Assembly (NCBI GenBank): GCA_043228905.1
Contig: JBHGNT010000266.1
Coordinates: 1 to 42,929 of the forward strand
Direction: 5' to 3'
DNA from: Azolla caroliniana
Taxonomy: Eukaryota > Plantae > Polypodiophyta
DNA: 42,929 nt
Below are positions 1 to 13,100 of the stretch, in pieces. The notes beneath the pieces were generated by a model. The model was not told the origin of the DNA, ran no database searches, and worked only from the letters and a program-made list of their open reading frames with translations. The position numbers and the translations under genes were made by a program. Numbering within the stretch: position 1 is the first letter of the stretch; every line of letters starts with the position of its first letter.

Positions 1-86
1 AGGAGCCTTTGAGTAAATTAAAATGTTCATACCTGGGTCGTGTGATATCGGATTTTTGTGTTCAAACATGCGAATCGAAGCTAACA
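1..86 (-). repeat. Satellite segment in reverse orientation (runs off the window's left edge)
   Basis: The reverse complement of 1-86 is tgttagcttcgattcgcatgtttgaacacaaaaatccgatatcacacgacccaggtatgaacattttaatttactcaaaggctcct, an exact piece of the monomer. Forward orientation starts at 90 (gaacattttaa). Confidence 0.96.
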
Positions 87-816
87 TGCGAACATTTTAA
101 TTTCTTCAAGGGCTCCTCTCAACTCCCTCCTGAAGTTTTCTATTTTCATCATGTCTCTCAATCTGAGTGTCAAAATCTTGATTTTTTAATTCCATATCAT
201 AGCTAGCGTTGTTAGCTTCGATTCGCATGTTTGAACACAAAAATCCGATATCACACGAGCCAGGTATGAACATTTTAATTTACTCAAGGGCTCCTCTCAA
301 CTCCCTCCTCAAGTTTGCTAATTTCTTCATGTCTCTCAATCTGAGTGTCAAAATCTTGATTTTCTAATTCCATATCATAGCTAGCGTTGTTAGCTTCGAT
401 TCGCATGTTTGAACACAAAAATCCGATATCACACGAGCCAGGTATGAACATTCTAATTTACCTACTAGGTCTTCTCAACTCACTCCTCAAGTTTGCTAAT
501 TTCTTCATGTCTCTCGACCCGAGTTTCAAAATCTTGATTTTTTAATTCCATATCATAGCTAGCGTTGTTAGCTTCGATTGGCATGTTTGAACACAAAAAT
601 CCGATATCACAGGAGCCAGGTATGAACATTTTAATTTACTCAAGGGCTCCTCTCAACTCCCTCCTCAAGTTTTCTATTTTCATCATGTCTCTCGACCTGA
701 GTTTCAAAATCTTTATTTTTAAAATCCAAATTATAGCTAGCGTTGTTAGCTTTGAATCGCATGTTTGAACACAAAAATCCGATAGCACACGAGCCAGGTA
801 TGAACATTTTAATTTA

Positions 817-898
817 CTCACAACGCTAGCTATTATTTGGAATTATAAAATCAAGATTTTATAACTCAGGTCAAGAGACATGAAGAAATTAGCAAACT
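817..898 (-). repeat. 82-bp inverted monomer fragment within a shortened (141-bp) monomer
   Basis: The reverse complement of 817-898 is agtttgctaatttcttcatgtctcttgacctgagttataaaatcttgattttataattccaaataatagctagcgttgtgag. Anchor spacing 796 to 937 is 141 bp rather than 178. Confidence 0.96.
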
Positions 899-902
899 GC
901 AG

Positions 903-1540
903 TGTTTGAACACAAAAATCCGATATCACACGAGCCAGGAATGAACATTTTAATTTACTCAAAGGCTCCTCTCAACTCCCTCCTCAAGTTTGCTAATTTC
1001 TTCATGTCTCTTGACCTGAGTTATAAAATCTTGATTTTATAATTCCAGATAATAGCTAGCGTTGTGAGCTTCGATTCGCATGTTTGAATACAAAAATACG
1101 ATATCACACGAGCCAGGTATGAACATTTTAATTTACCTAATAGCTCCTCTCAACTCCCTCCTCAAGTTTGCTGATTTCTTCATGTCTCTCGACCCGAGTT
1201 TCAAAATCTTGATTTTTTAATTCCATATCATAGCTAGCGTTGTTAGCTTCGATTCGCATGTTTGAACACAAAAATCCGATATCACACGAGCCAGGTATGA
1301 ACATTTTAATTTACTCAAAGGCTCCTCTCAACTCCCTCCTCAAGTTTGCTAATTTCTTCATGTCTCTTGACCTGAGTTATAAAATCTTGATTTTATAATT
1401 CCAGATAATAGCTAGCGTTGTGAGCTTCGATTCGCATGTTTGAATACAAAAATACGATATCACACGAGCCAGGTATGAACATTTTAATTTACCTAATAGC
1501 TCCTCTCAACTCCCTCCTCAAGTTTGCTAATTTCTTCATG
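903..1540 (+). repeat. Dimeric HOR (356-bp period)
   Basis: Rare variant ttataaaatcttgattttataa at 1021 and 1377, with linked gttgtgag and aaaatacgat variants, offset 356. Confidence 0.8.
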
Positions 1541-2581
1541 TCTCTTGACCTGAGTATCAAAATCTTGATTTTTTAATTGTAGATCATAGCTAGCGTTGTT
1601 AGCTTCGATTGGCATGTTTGAACACAAAAATCCGATATCACACGAGCCAGGTATGAACATTTTAATTTAGTCAAGGGCTCTTCTCAACTCACTCCTCAAG
1701 TTTGCTAATTTCTTCATGTCTCTCGACCCGAGTTTCAAAATCTTGATTTTTTAATTCCAAATAATAGCTAGCGTTGTTAGCTTCGATTCGCATATTTGAA
1801 CACAAAAATCCGATATCACACGAGCGAGGTATGAACATTTTAATTTACCTACTAAGTCTTGTCAACTCACTCCTCAAGTTTGCTAATTTCTTCATGTCTC
1901 TCGACCCGAGTTTCAAAATCTTGATTTTTTAATTACATATCATAGCTAGCGTTGTCAGCTTCGATTCGCATGTTTGAATACAAAAATCCGATATCACACG
2001 AGGCAGGTATGAACATTTTAATTTACCTAATAGCTCTTCTCAACTCCCTCCTCAAGTTTGCTAATTTCTTCATGTCTCTCGACCCGAGTTTCAAAATCTT
2101 GATTTTTTAATTCCATATCATAGCTAGCGTTGTTAGCTTCGATTCGCATGTTTGAATACAAAAATCCGATATCACACGACCCAGGTATGAACATTTTAAT
2201 TTACTCAAGGGCTCCTCTCAACTCCCTCCTCAAGTTTGCTAATTTCTTCATGTCTCTCGACCCGAGTTTCAAAATCTTGATTTTTTAATTCCATATCATA
2301 GCTAGCGTTGTTAGCTTCGATTCGCATGTTTGAATACACAAATCCGATATCACACGAGCCAGGTATGAACATTTTAATTTAGTCACGGGCTCTTCTCAAC
2401 TTCCTCCTCATGTTTTCTATTTTCATCATTTCTCTCGGCCTGAGTTTCAAAATCTTGATTTTTTAATTCCAAATAATAGCTAGCGTTGTTAGCTTCGATT
2501 GGCATGTTTGAACACAAAAATCCGATATCACACGAGCCAGGTATGAACATTTTAATTTACCTAATAGCTCTTCTCAACTCA

Positions 2582-4072
2582 CTCCTCAAGTTTGCTAATT
2601 TCTTCATGTCTCTCGACCCGAGTTTCAAAATCTTGATTTTTTAATTCCAGATCATAGCTAGCGTTGTCAGCTTCGATTCGCATGTTTGAACACAAAAATC
2701 CGATATCACACGACCCAGGTATGAACATTTTAATTTACTCAAAGGCTCCTCTCAACTCCCTCCTCATGTTTTCTATTTTCATCATGTCTCTCGACCTGAG
2801 TTTCAAAATCTTGATTTTTTAATTCCAAATAATAGCTAGCGTTGTTAGCTTCGATTGGCATGTTTGAACACAAAAATCCGATATCACACGAGCCAGGTAT
2901 GAACATTTTAATTTACCTAATAGCTCTTCTCAACTCCCTCCTCAAGTTTGCTAATTTCTTCATGTCTCTTGACCCGAGTTTCAAAATCTTGATTTTTTAA
3001 TTCCATATCATAGCTAGCGTTGTTAGCTTCGATTCGCATGTTTGAACACAAAAATCCGATATCACACGACCCAGGTATGAACATTTTAATTTACTCAAAG
3101 GCTCCTCTCAACTCCCTCCTCAAGTTTGCTAATTTCTTCATGTCTCTTGACCTGAGTTTCAAAATCTTGATTTTTTAATTCCATATCATAGTTAGCGTTG
3201 TTAGCTTCGATTCGCATGTTTGAACACAAAAATCCGATATCACACGAGCCAGGTATGAACATTTTAATTTACCTAATAGCTCTTCTCAACTCCCTCCTCA
3301 AGTTTGCTAATTTCTTCATGTCTCTCGACCCGAGTTTCAAAATCTTGATTTTTTAATTCCAGATCATAGCTAGCGTTGTCAGCTTCGATTCGCATGTTTG
3401 AACACAAAAATCCGATATCACACGACCCAGGTATGAACATTTTAATTTACTCAAAGGCTCCTCTCAACTCCCTCCTCATGTTTTCTATTTTCATCATGTC
3501 TCTCGACCTGAGTTTCAAAATCTTGATTTTTTAATTCCAAATAATAGCTAGCGTTGTTAGCTTCGATTGGCATGTTTGAACACAAAAATCCGATATCACA
3601 CGAGCCAGGTATGAACATTTTAATTTACCTAATAGCTCTTCTCAACTCCCTCCTCAAGTTTGCTAATTTCTTCATGTCTCTTGACCCGAGTTTCAAAATC
3701 TTGATTTTTTAATTCCATATCATAGCTAGCGTTGTTAGCTTCGATTCGCATGTTTGAACACAAAAATCCGATATCACACGACCCAGGTATGAACATTTTA
3801 ATTTACTCAAAGGCTCCTCTCAACTCCCTCCTCAAGTTTGCTAATTTCTTCATGTCTCTTGACCTGAGTTTCAAAATCTTGATTTTTTAATTCCATATCA
3901 TAGTTAGCGTTGTTAGCTTCGATTCGCATGTTTGAACACAAAAATCCGATATCACACGAGCCAGGTATGAACATTTTAATTTACCTAATAGCTCTTCTCA
4001 ACTCCCTCCTCAAGTTTGCTAATTTCTTCATGTCTCTCGACCCGAGTTTCAAAATCTTGATTTTTTAATTCC
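2582..4072 (+). repeat. 4-mer HOR tandem duplication (712 bp)
   Basis: Private variant gttagcgttg (lost NheI site) at 3191 and 3903. Offset 712 = 4x178, with matching monomer order. Confidence 0.85.
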
Positions 4073-7000
4073 ATATCATAGCTAGCGTTGTTAGCTTCGA
4101 TTCGCATGTTTGAATACAAAAATCCGATATCACACGAGCCAGGTATGAACATTTTAATTTACCTACTAAGTCTTGTCAACTCACTCCTCAAGTTTGCTAA
4201 TTTCTTCATGTCTCTCGACCCGAGTTTCAAAATCTTGATTTTTTAATTCCATATCATAGCTAGCGTTGTTAGCTTCGATTCGCATGTTTGAATACACAAA
4301 TCCGATATCACACGAGCCAGGTATGAACATTTTAATTTAGTCACGGGCTCTTCTCAACTTCCTCCTCATGTTTTCTATTTTCATCATTTCTCTCGGCCTG
4401 AGTTTCAAAATCTTGATTTTTTAATTCCAAATAATAGCTAGCGTTGTTAGCTTCGATTGGCATGTTTGAACACAAAAATCCGATATCACACGAGCCAGGT
4501 ATGAACATTTTAATTTACCTACTAGGTCTTCTCAACTCACTCCTCAAGTTTGCTAATTTCTTCATGTCTCTCGACCCGAGTTTCAAAATCTTGATTTTTT
4601 AATTCCAGATCATAGCTAGCGTTGTCAGCTTCGATTCGCATGTTTGAACACAAAAATCCGATATCACACGACCCAGGTATGAACATTTTAATTTACTCAA
4701 GGGCTCCTCTCAACTCCCTCCTCAAGTTTGCTAATTTCTTCATGTCTCTTGACCTGAGTTTCAAAATCTTGATTTTTTAATTCCATATCATAGCTAGCGT
4801 TGTTAGCTTCGATTCGCATATTTGAACACAAAAATCCGATATCACACGAGCCAGGTATGAACATTTTAATTTACCTACTAGGTCTTCTCAACTCACTCCT
4901 CAAGTTTGCTAATTTCTTCATGTCTCTCGACCCGAGTTTCAAAATCTTGATTTTTTAATTCCATATCATAGCTAGCGTTGTTAGCTTCGATTCGCATGTT
5001 TGAATACAAAAATCCGATATCACACGAGCCAGGTATGAACATTTTAATTTACCTACTAAGTCTTGTCAACTCACTCCTCAAGTTTGCTAATTTCTTCATG
5101 TCTCTCGACCCGAGTTTCAAAATCTTGATTTTTTAATTACATATCATAGCTAGCGTTGAGAGCTTCGATTCGCATGTTTGAATACAAAAATCCGATATCA
5201 CACGAGCCAGGTATGAACATTTTAATTTACCTAATAGCTCCTCTCAACTCCCTCCTGAAGTTTTCTATTTTCATCATGTCTCTCGACCTAGGTTTCAAAA
5301 TCTTGATTTTTTAATTCCATATCATAGCTAGCGTTGTTAGCTTCGATTCGCATGTTTGAATACACAAATCCGATATCACACGAGCCAGGTATGAACATTT
5401 TAATTTAGTCACGGGCTCTTCTCAACTTCCTCCTCATGTTTTCTATTTTCATCATTTCTCTCGGCCTGAGTTTCAAAATCTTGATTTTTTAATTCCAAAT
5501 AATAGCTAGCGTTGTTAGCTTCGATTGGCATGTTTGAACACAAAAATCCGATATCACACGAGCCAGGTATGAACATTTTAATTTACCTAATAGCTCTTCT
5601 CAACTCCCTCCTCAAGTTTGCTAATTTCTTCATGTCTCTTGACCCGAGTTTCAAAATCTTGATTTTTTAATTCCATATCATAGCTAGCGTTGTTAGCTTC
5701 GATTCGCATGTTTGAACACAAAAATCCGATATCACACGACCCAGGTATGAACATTTTAATTTACTCAAAGGCTCCTCTCAACTCCCTCCTCAAGTTTGCT
5801 AATTTCTTCATGTCTCTTGACCTGAGTTTCAAAATCTTGATTTTTTAATTCCATATCATAGCTAGCGTTGTTAGCTTCGATTCGCATGTTTGAACACAAA
5901 AATCCGATATCACACGAGCCAGGTATGAACATTTTAATTTACCTAATAGCTCTTCTCAACTCCCTCCTCAAGTTTGCTAATTTCTTCATGTCTCTCGACC
6001 CGAGTTTCAAAATCTTGATTTTTTAATTCCATATCATAGCTAGCGTTGTTAGCTTCGATTCGCATGTTTGAATACAAAAATCCGATATCACACGAGCCAG
6101 GTATGAACATTTTAATTTACCTACTAAGTCTTGTCAACTCACTCCTCAAGTTTGCTAATTTCTTCATGTCTCTCGACCCGAGTTTCAAAATCTTGATTTT
6201 TTAATTCCATATCATAGCTAGCGTTGTTAGCTTCGATTCGCATGTTTGAATACACAAATCCGATATCACACGAGCCAGGTATGAACATTTTAATTTAGTC
6301 ACGGGCTCTTCTCAACTTCCTCCTCATGTTTTCTATTTTCATCATTTCTCTCGGCCTGAGTTTCAAAATCTTGATTTTTTAATTCCAAATAATAGCTAGC
6401 GTTGTTAGCTTCGATTGGCATGTTTGAACACAAAAATCCGATATCACACGAGCCAGGTATGAACATTTTAATTTACCTACTAGGTCTTCTCAACTCACTC
6501 CTCAAGTTTGCTAATTTCTTCATGTCTCTCGACCCGAGTTTCAAAATCTTGATTTTTTAATTCCAGATCATAGCTAGCGTTGTCAGCTTCGATTCGCATG
6601 TTTGAACACAAAAATCCGATATCACACGACCCAGGTATGAACATTTTAATTTACTCAAGGGCTCCTCTCAACTCCCTCCTCAAGTTTGCTAATTTCTTCA
6701 TGTCTCTTGACCTGAGTTTCAAAATCTTGATTTTTTAATTCCATATCATAGCTAGCGTTGTTAGCTTCGATTCGCATATTTGAACACAAAAATCCGATAT
6801 CACACGAGCCAGGTATGAACATTTTAATTTACCTACTAGGTCTTCTCAACTCACTCCTCAAGTTTGCTAATTTCTTCATGTCTCTCGACCCGAGTTTCAA
6901 AATCTTGATTTTTTAATTCCATATCATAGCTAGCGTTGTTAGCTTCGATTCGCATGTTTGAATACAAAAATCCGATATCACACGAGCCAGGTATGAACAT

Positions 7001-7115
7001 TTTAATTTACCTACTAAGTCTTGTCAACTCACTCCTCAAGTTTGCTAATTTCTTCATGTCTCTCGACCCGAGTTTCAAAATCTTGATTTTTTAATTACAT
7101 ATCATAGCTAGCGTT
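3510..7115 (+). repeat. 11-mer HOR (1958-bp period)
   Basis: Marker agtcacgggctcttctcaacttcc at 2381, 4339 and 6297 (steps of 1958 = 11x178), with an extra copy at 5407. Confidence 0.75.
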
Positions 7116-10100
7116 GTCAGCTTCGATTCGCATGTTTGAATACAAAAATCCGATATCACACGAGCCAGGTATGAACATTTTAATTTACCTAATAGCTCTT
7201 CTCAACTCCCTCCTCAAGTTTGCTAATTTCTTCATGTCTCTCGACCCGAGTTTCAAAATCTTGATTTTTTAATTTCATATCATAGCTAGCGTTGTTAGCT
7301 TCGATTCGCATGTTTGAACACAAAAATCCGATATCATACGAGCCAGGTATGAACATTTTAATTTCTTCAAGGGCTCCTCTCAACTCCCTCCTCAAGTTTT
7401 CTATTTTCATCATGTCTCTCGACCTGAGTTTCAAAATCTTGATTTTTTAATTCCAAATAATAGCTAGCGTTGTTAGCTTCGATTGGCATGTTTGAACACA
7501 AAAATCCGATATCACAGGAGCCAGGTATGAACATTTTAATTTACCTACTAGGTCTTCTCAACTCACTCCTCAAGTTTGCTAATTTCTTCATGTCTCTCGA
7601 CCCGAGTTTCAAAATCTTGATTTTTTAATTCCATATCATAGCTAGCGTTGTTAGCTTCGATTCGCATGTTTGAACACACAAATCCGATATCACACGAGCG
7701 AGGTATGAACATTTTAATTTCTTCAAGGGCTCCTCTCAACTCCCTCCTGAAGTTTTCTATTTTCATCATGTCTCTCGACCTGAGTTTCAAAATCTTGATT
7801 TTTAATTCCAAATTATAGCTAGCGTTGTTAGCTTTGAATCGCATGTTTGAATACAATAATACTATATCACACGAGCCAGGTATGAACATTTTAATTTACC
7901 TACTAGGTCTTCTCAACTCACTCCTCAAGTTTGCTAATTTCTTCATGTCTCTCGACCCGAGTTTCAAAATCTTGATTTTTTAATTCCATATCATAGCTAG
8001 CGTTGTTAGCTTCGATTCGCATGTTTGAACACAAAAATCCGATATCACACGAGCCAGGTATGAACATTTTAATTTACCTACTAGGTCTTCTCAACTCACT
8101 CCTCAAGTTTGCTAATTTCTTCATGTCTCTCGACCCGAGTTTCAAAATCTTGATTTTTTAATTCCATATCATAGCTAGCGTTGTTACCTTCGATTCGCAT
8201 GTTTGAACACAGAAATCCGATATCACACGAGCGAGGTATGAACATTTTAATTTACTCAAGGGCTCCTCTCAACTCCCTCCTCAAGTTTTCTATTTTCATC
8301 ATGTCTCTCGACCTGAGTTTCAAAATCTTTATTTTTAATTCCAAATTATAGCTAGCGTTGTTAGCTTTAAATCGCATGTTTGAACACAAAAATACGATAT
8401 TAGACGAGCCAGGTATGAACATTTTAATTTACCTACTAGGTCTTCTCAACTCACTCCTCAAGTTTGCTAATTTCTTCATGTCTCTCGACCCGAGTTTCAA
8501 AATCTTGATTTTTTAATTCCATATCATAGCTAGCGTTGTTAGCTTCGATTCGCATATTTGAACACAAAAATCCGATATCACACGAGCCAGGTATGAACAT
8601 TTTAATTTACCTACTAGGTCTTCTCAACTCCCTCCTCAAGTTTGCTAATTTCTTCATGTCTCTCGACCCGAGTTTCAAAATCTTGATTTTTTAATTCCAT
8701 ATCATAGCTAGCGTTGTTAGCTTCGATTCGCATGTTTGAATACAAAAATCCGATATCACACGAGCCAGGTATGAACATTTTAATTTACCTACTAGGTCTT
8801 CTCAACTCACTCCTCAAGTTTGCTAATTTCTTCATGTCTCTCGACCCGAGTTTCAAAATCTTGATTTTTTAATTCCATATCATAGCTAGCGTTGTTACCT
8901 TCGATTCGCATGTTTGAATACAAAAATCCGATATCACACGAGCCAGGTATGAACATTTTAATTTACCTAATAGCTCTTCTCAACTCCCTCCTCAAGTTTG
9001 CTAATTTCTTCATGTCTCTCGACCCGAGTTTCAAAATCTGGATTTTTTAATTCCAGATCATAGCTAGCGTTGTTAGCTTCGATTCGCATGTTTGAACACA
9101 AAAATCCGATATCACACGACCCAGGTATGAACATTTTAATTTACTCAAGGGCTCCTCTCAAATCCCTCCTCAAGTTTGCTAATTTCTTCATGTCTCTTGA
9201 CCTGAGTTTCAAAATCTTGATTTTTTAATTCCATATCATAGCTAGCGTTGTTAGCTTCGATTCGCATGTTTGAACACAAAAATCCGATATCATACGAGCC
9301 AGGTATGAACATTTTAATTTCTTCAAGGGCTCCTCTCAACTCCCTCCTCAAGTTTTCTATTTTCATCATGTCTCTCGACCTGAGTTTCAAAATCTTGATT
9401 TTTTAATTCCAAATAATAGCTAGCGTTGTTAGCTTCGATTGGCATGTTTGAACACAAAAATCCGATATCACAGGAGCCAGGTATGAACATTTTAATTTAC
9501 CTACTAGGTCTTCTCAACTCACTCCTCAAGTTTGCTAATTTCTTCATGTCTCTCGACCCGAGTTTCAAAATCTTGATTTTTTAATTCCATATCATAGCTA
9601 GCGTTGTTAGCTTCGATTCGCATGTTTGAATACACAAATCCGATATCACACGAGCGAGGTATGAACATTTTAATTTACTCAAGGGCTCCTCTCAACTCCC
9701 TCCCCAAGTTTTCTATTTTCATCATGTCTCTCGACCTGAGTTTCAAAATCTTGATTTTTAATTCCAAATTATAGCTAGCGTTGTTAGCTTTGAATCGCAT
9801 GTTTGAATACAATAATACTATATCACACGAGCCAGGTATGAACATTTTAATTTACCTACTAGGTCTTCTCAACTCACTCCTCAAGTTTGCTAATTTCTTC
9901 ATGTCTCTCGACCCGAGTTTCAAAATCTTGATTTTTTAATTCCATATCATAGCTAGCGTTGTTAGCTTCGATTCGCATGTTTGAACACAAAAATCCGATA
10001 TCACACGAGCCAGGTATGAACATTTTAATTTACCTACTAGGTCTTCTCAACTCACTCCTCAAGTTTGCTAATTTCTTCATGTCTCTCGACCCGAGTTTCA

Positions 10101-13100
10101 AAATCTTGATTTTTTAATTCCATATCATAGCTAGCGTTGTTACCTTCGATTCGCATGTTTGAACACAGAAATCCGATATCACACGAGCGAGGTATGAACA
10201 TTTTAATTTACTCAAGGGCTCCTCTCAACTCCCTCCTCAAGTTTTCTATTTTCATCATGTCTCTCGACCTGAGTTTCAAAATCTTTATTTTTAATTCCAA
10301 ATTATAGCTAGCGTTGTTAGCTTTAAATCGCATGTTTGAACACAAAAATACGATATTAGACGAGCCAGGTATGAACATTTTAATTTACCTACTAGGTCTT
10401 CTCAACTCACTCCTCAAGTTTGCTAATTTCTTCATGTCTCTCGACCCGAGTTTCAAAATCTTGATTTTTTAATTCCATATCATAGCTAGCGTTGTTAGCT
10501 TCGATTCGCATATTTGAACACAAAAATCCGATATCACACGAGCCAGGTATGAACATTTTAATTTACCTACTAGGTCTTCTCAACTCCCTCCTCAAGTTTG
10601 CTAATTTCTTCATGTCTCTCGACCCGAGTTTCAAAATCTTGATTTTTTAATTCCATATCATAGCTAGCGTTGTTAGCTTCGATTCGCATGTTTGAATACA
10701 AAAATCCGATATCACACGAGCCAGGTATGAACATTTTAATTTACCTACTAGGTCTTCTCAACTCACTCCTCAAGTTTGCTAATTTCTTCATGTCTCTCGA
10801 CCCGAGTTTCAAAATCTTGATTTTTTAATTCCATATCATAGCTAGCGTTGTTACCTTCGATTCGCATGTTTGAATACAAAAATCCGATATCACACGAGCC
10901 AGGTATGAACATTTTAATTTACCTAATAGCTCTTCTCAACTCCCTCCTCAAGTTTGCTAATTTCTTCATGTCTCTCGACCCGAGTTTCAAAATCTGGATT
11001 TTTTAATTCCAGATCATAGCTAGCGTTGTTAGCTTCGATTCGCATGTTTGAACACAAAAATCCGATATCACACGACCCAGGTATGAACATTTTAATTTAC
11101 TCAAGGGCTCCTCTCAACTCCCTCCTCAAGTTTGCTAATTTCTTCATGTCTCTTGACCTGAGTTTCAAAATCTTGATTTTTTAATTCCATATCATAGCTA
11201 GCGTTGTTAGCTTCGATTCGCATGTTTGAACACAAAAATCCGATATCACACGAGCCAGGTATGAACATTTTAATTTACTCAAGGGCTCCTCTCAACTCAC
11301 TGCTCAAGTTTGCTAATTTCTTCATGTCTCTCGACCCGAGTTTCAAAATCTTGATTTTTTAATCCCATATCATAGCTAGCGTTGTTAGCTTCGATTCGCA
11401 TGTTTGAACACAAAACTCCGATATCACACGAGCCAGGTATGAACATTTTAATTTACCTACTAAGTCTTGTCAACTCACTCCTCAAGTTTGCTAATTTCTT
11501 CATGTCTCTCGACCCGAGTTTCAAAATCTTGATTTTTTAATTACATATCATAGCTAGCGTTGTTAGCTTCGATTCGCATGTTTGAACACAAAAATCCGAT
11601 ATCACACGACCCAGGTATGAACATTTTAATTTACTCAAAGGCTCCTCTCAACTCCCTCCTCATGTTTTCTATTTTCATCATGTCTCTCGACCTGAGTTTC
11701 AAAATCTTGATTTTTTAATTCCAAATAATAGCTAGCGTTGTTAGCTTCGATTGGCATGTTTGAACACAAAAATCCGATATCACACGAGCCAGGTATGAAC
11801 ATTTTAATTTACCTAATAGCTCTTCTCAACTCCCTCCTCAAGTTTGCTAATTTCTTCATGTCTCTTGACCCGAGTTTCAAAATCTTGATTTTTTAATTCC
11901 ATATCATAGCTAGCGTTGTTAGCTTCGATTCGCATGTTTGAACACAAAAATCCGATATCACACGAGCCAGGTATGAACATTTTAATTTACTCAAAGGCTC
12001 CTCTCAACTCCCTCCTCAAGTTTGCTAATTTCTTCATGTCTCTTGACCTGAGTTTCAAAATCTTGATTTTTTAATTCCATATCATAGCTAGCGTTGTTAG
12101 CTTCGATTCGCATGTTTGAACACAAAAATCCGATATCACACGAGCCAGGTATGAACATTTTAATTTACCTAATAGCTCTTCTCAACTCCCTCCTCAAGTT
12201 TGCTAATTTCTTCATGTCTCTCGACCCGAGTTTCAAAATCTTGATTTTTTAATTCCATATCATAGCTAGCGTTGTTAGCTTCGATTCGCATGTTTGAATA
12301 CAAAAATCCGATATCACACGAGCCAGGTATGAACATTTTAATTTACCTACTAAGTCTTGTCAACTCACTCCTCAAGTTTGCTAATTTCTTCATGTCTCTC
12401 GACCCGAGTTTCAAAATCTTGATTTTTTAATTCCATATCATAGCTAGCGTTGTTAGCTTCGATTCGCATGTTTGAATACACAAATCCGATATCACACGAG
12501 CCAGGTATGAACATTTTAATTTAGTCACGGGCTCTTCTCAACTTCCTCCTCATGTTTTCTATTTTCATCATTTCTCTCGGCCTGAGTTTCAAAATCTTGA
12601 TTTTTTAATTCCAAATAATAGCTAGCGTTGTTAGCTTCGATTGGCATGTTTGAACACAAAAATCCGATATCACACGAGCCAGGTATGAACATTTTAATTT
12701 ACCTACTAGGTCTTCTCAACTCACTCCTCAAGTTTGCTAATTTCTTCATGTCTCTCGACCCGAGTTTCAAAATCTTGATTTTTTAATTCCAGATCATAGC
12801 TAGCGTTGTCAGCTTCGATTCGCATGTTTGAACACAAAAATCCGATATCACACGACCCAGGTATGAACATTTTAATTTACTCAAGGGCTCCTCTCAACTC
12901 CCTCCTCAAGTTTGCTAATTTCTTCATGTCTCTTGACCTGAGTTTCAAAATCTTGATTTTTTAATTCCATATCATAGCTAGCGTTGTTAGCTTCGATTCG
13001 CATATTTGAACACAAAAATCCGATATCACACGAGCCAGGTATGAACATTTTAATTTACCTACTAGGTCTTCTCAACTCACTCCTCAAGTTTGCTAATTTC

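Noticed and set aside
205-240. CENP-B box candidate around cttcgattcgcatg
   Set aside because: Only TTCG matches. The downstream A and CGGG of the NTTCGNNNNANNCGGGN core are absent.
9-821. Short ORFs 9..206, 565..768 and 636..821
   Set aside because: Chance frames in the satellite. The shared MSKLKCSYL start on opposite strands simply reflects the inversion.
817-902. MITE or foreign insertion at the break in periodicity
   Set aside because: The sequence is reverse-complement satellite, with no terminal inverted repeats or target-site duplication and a net loss of length.
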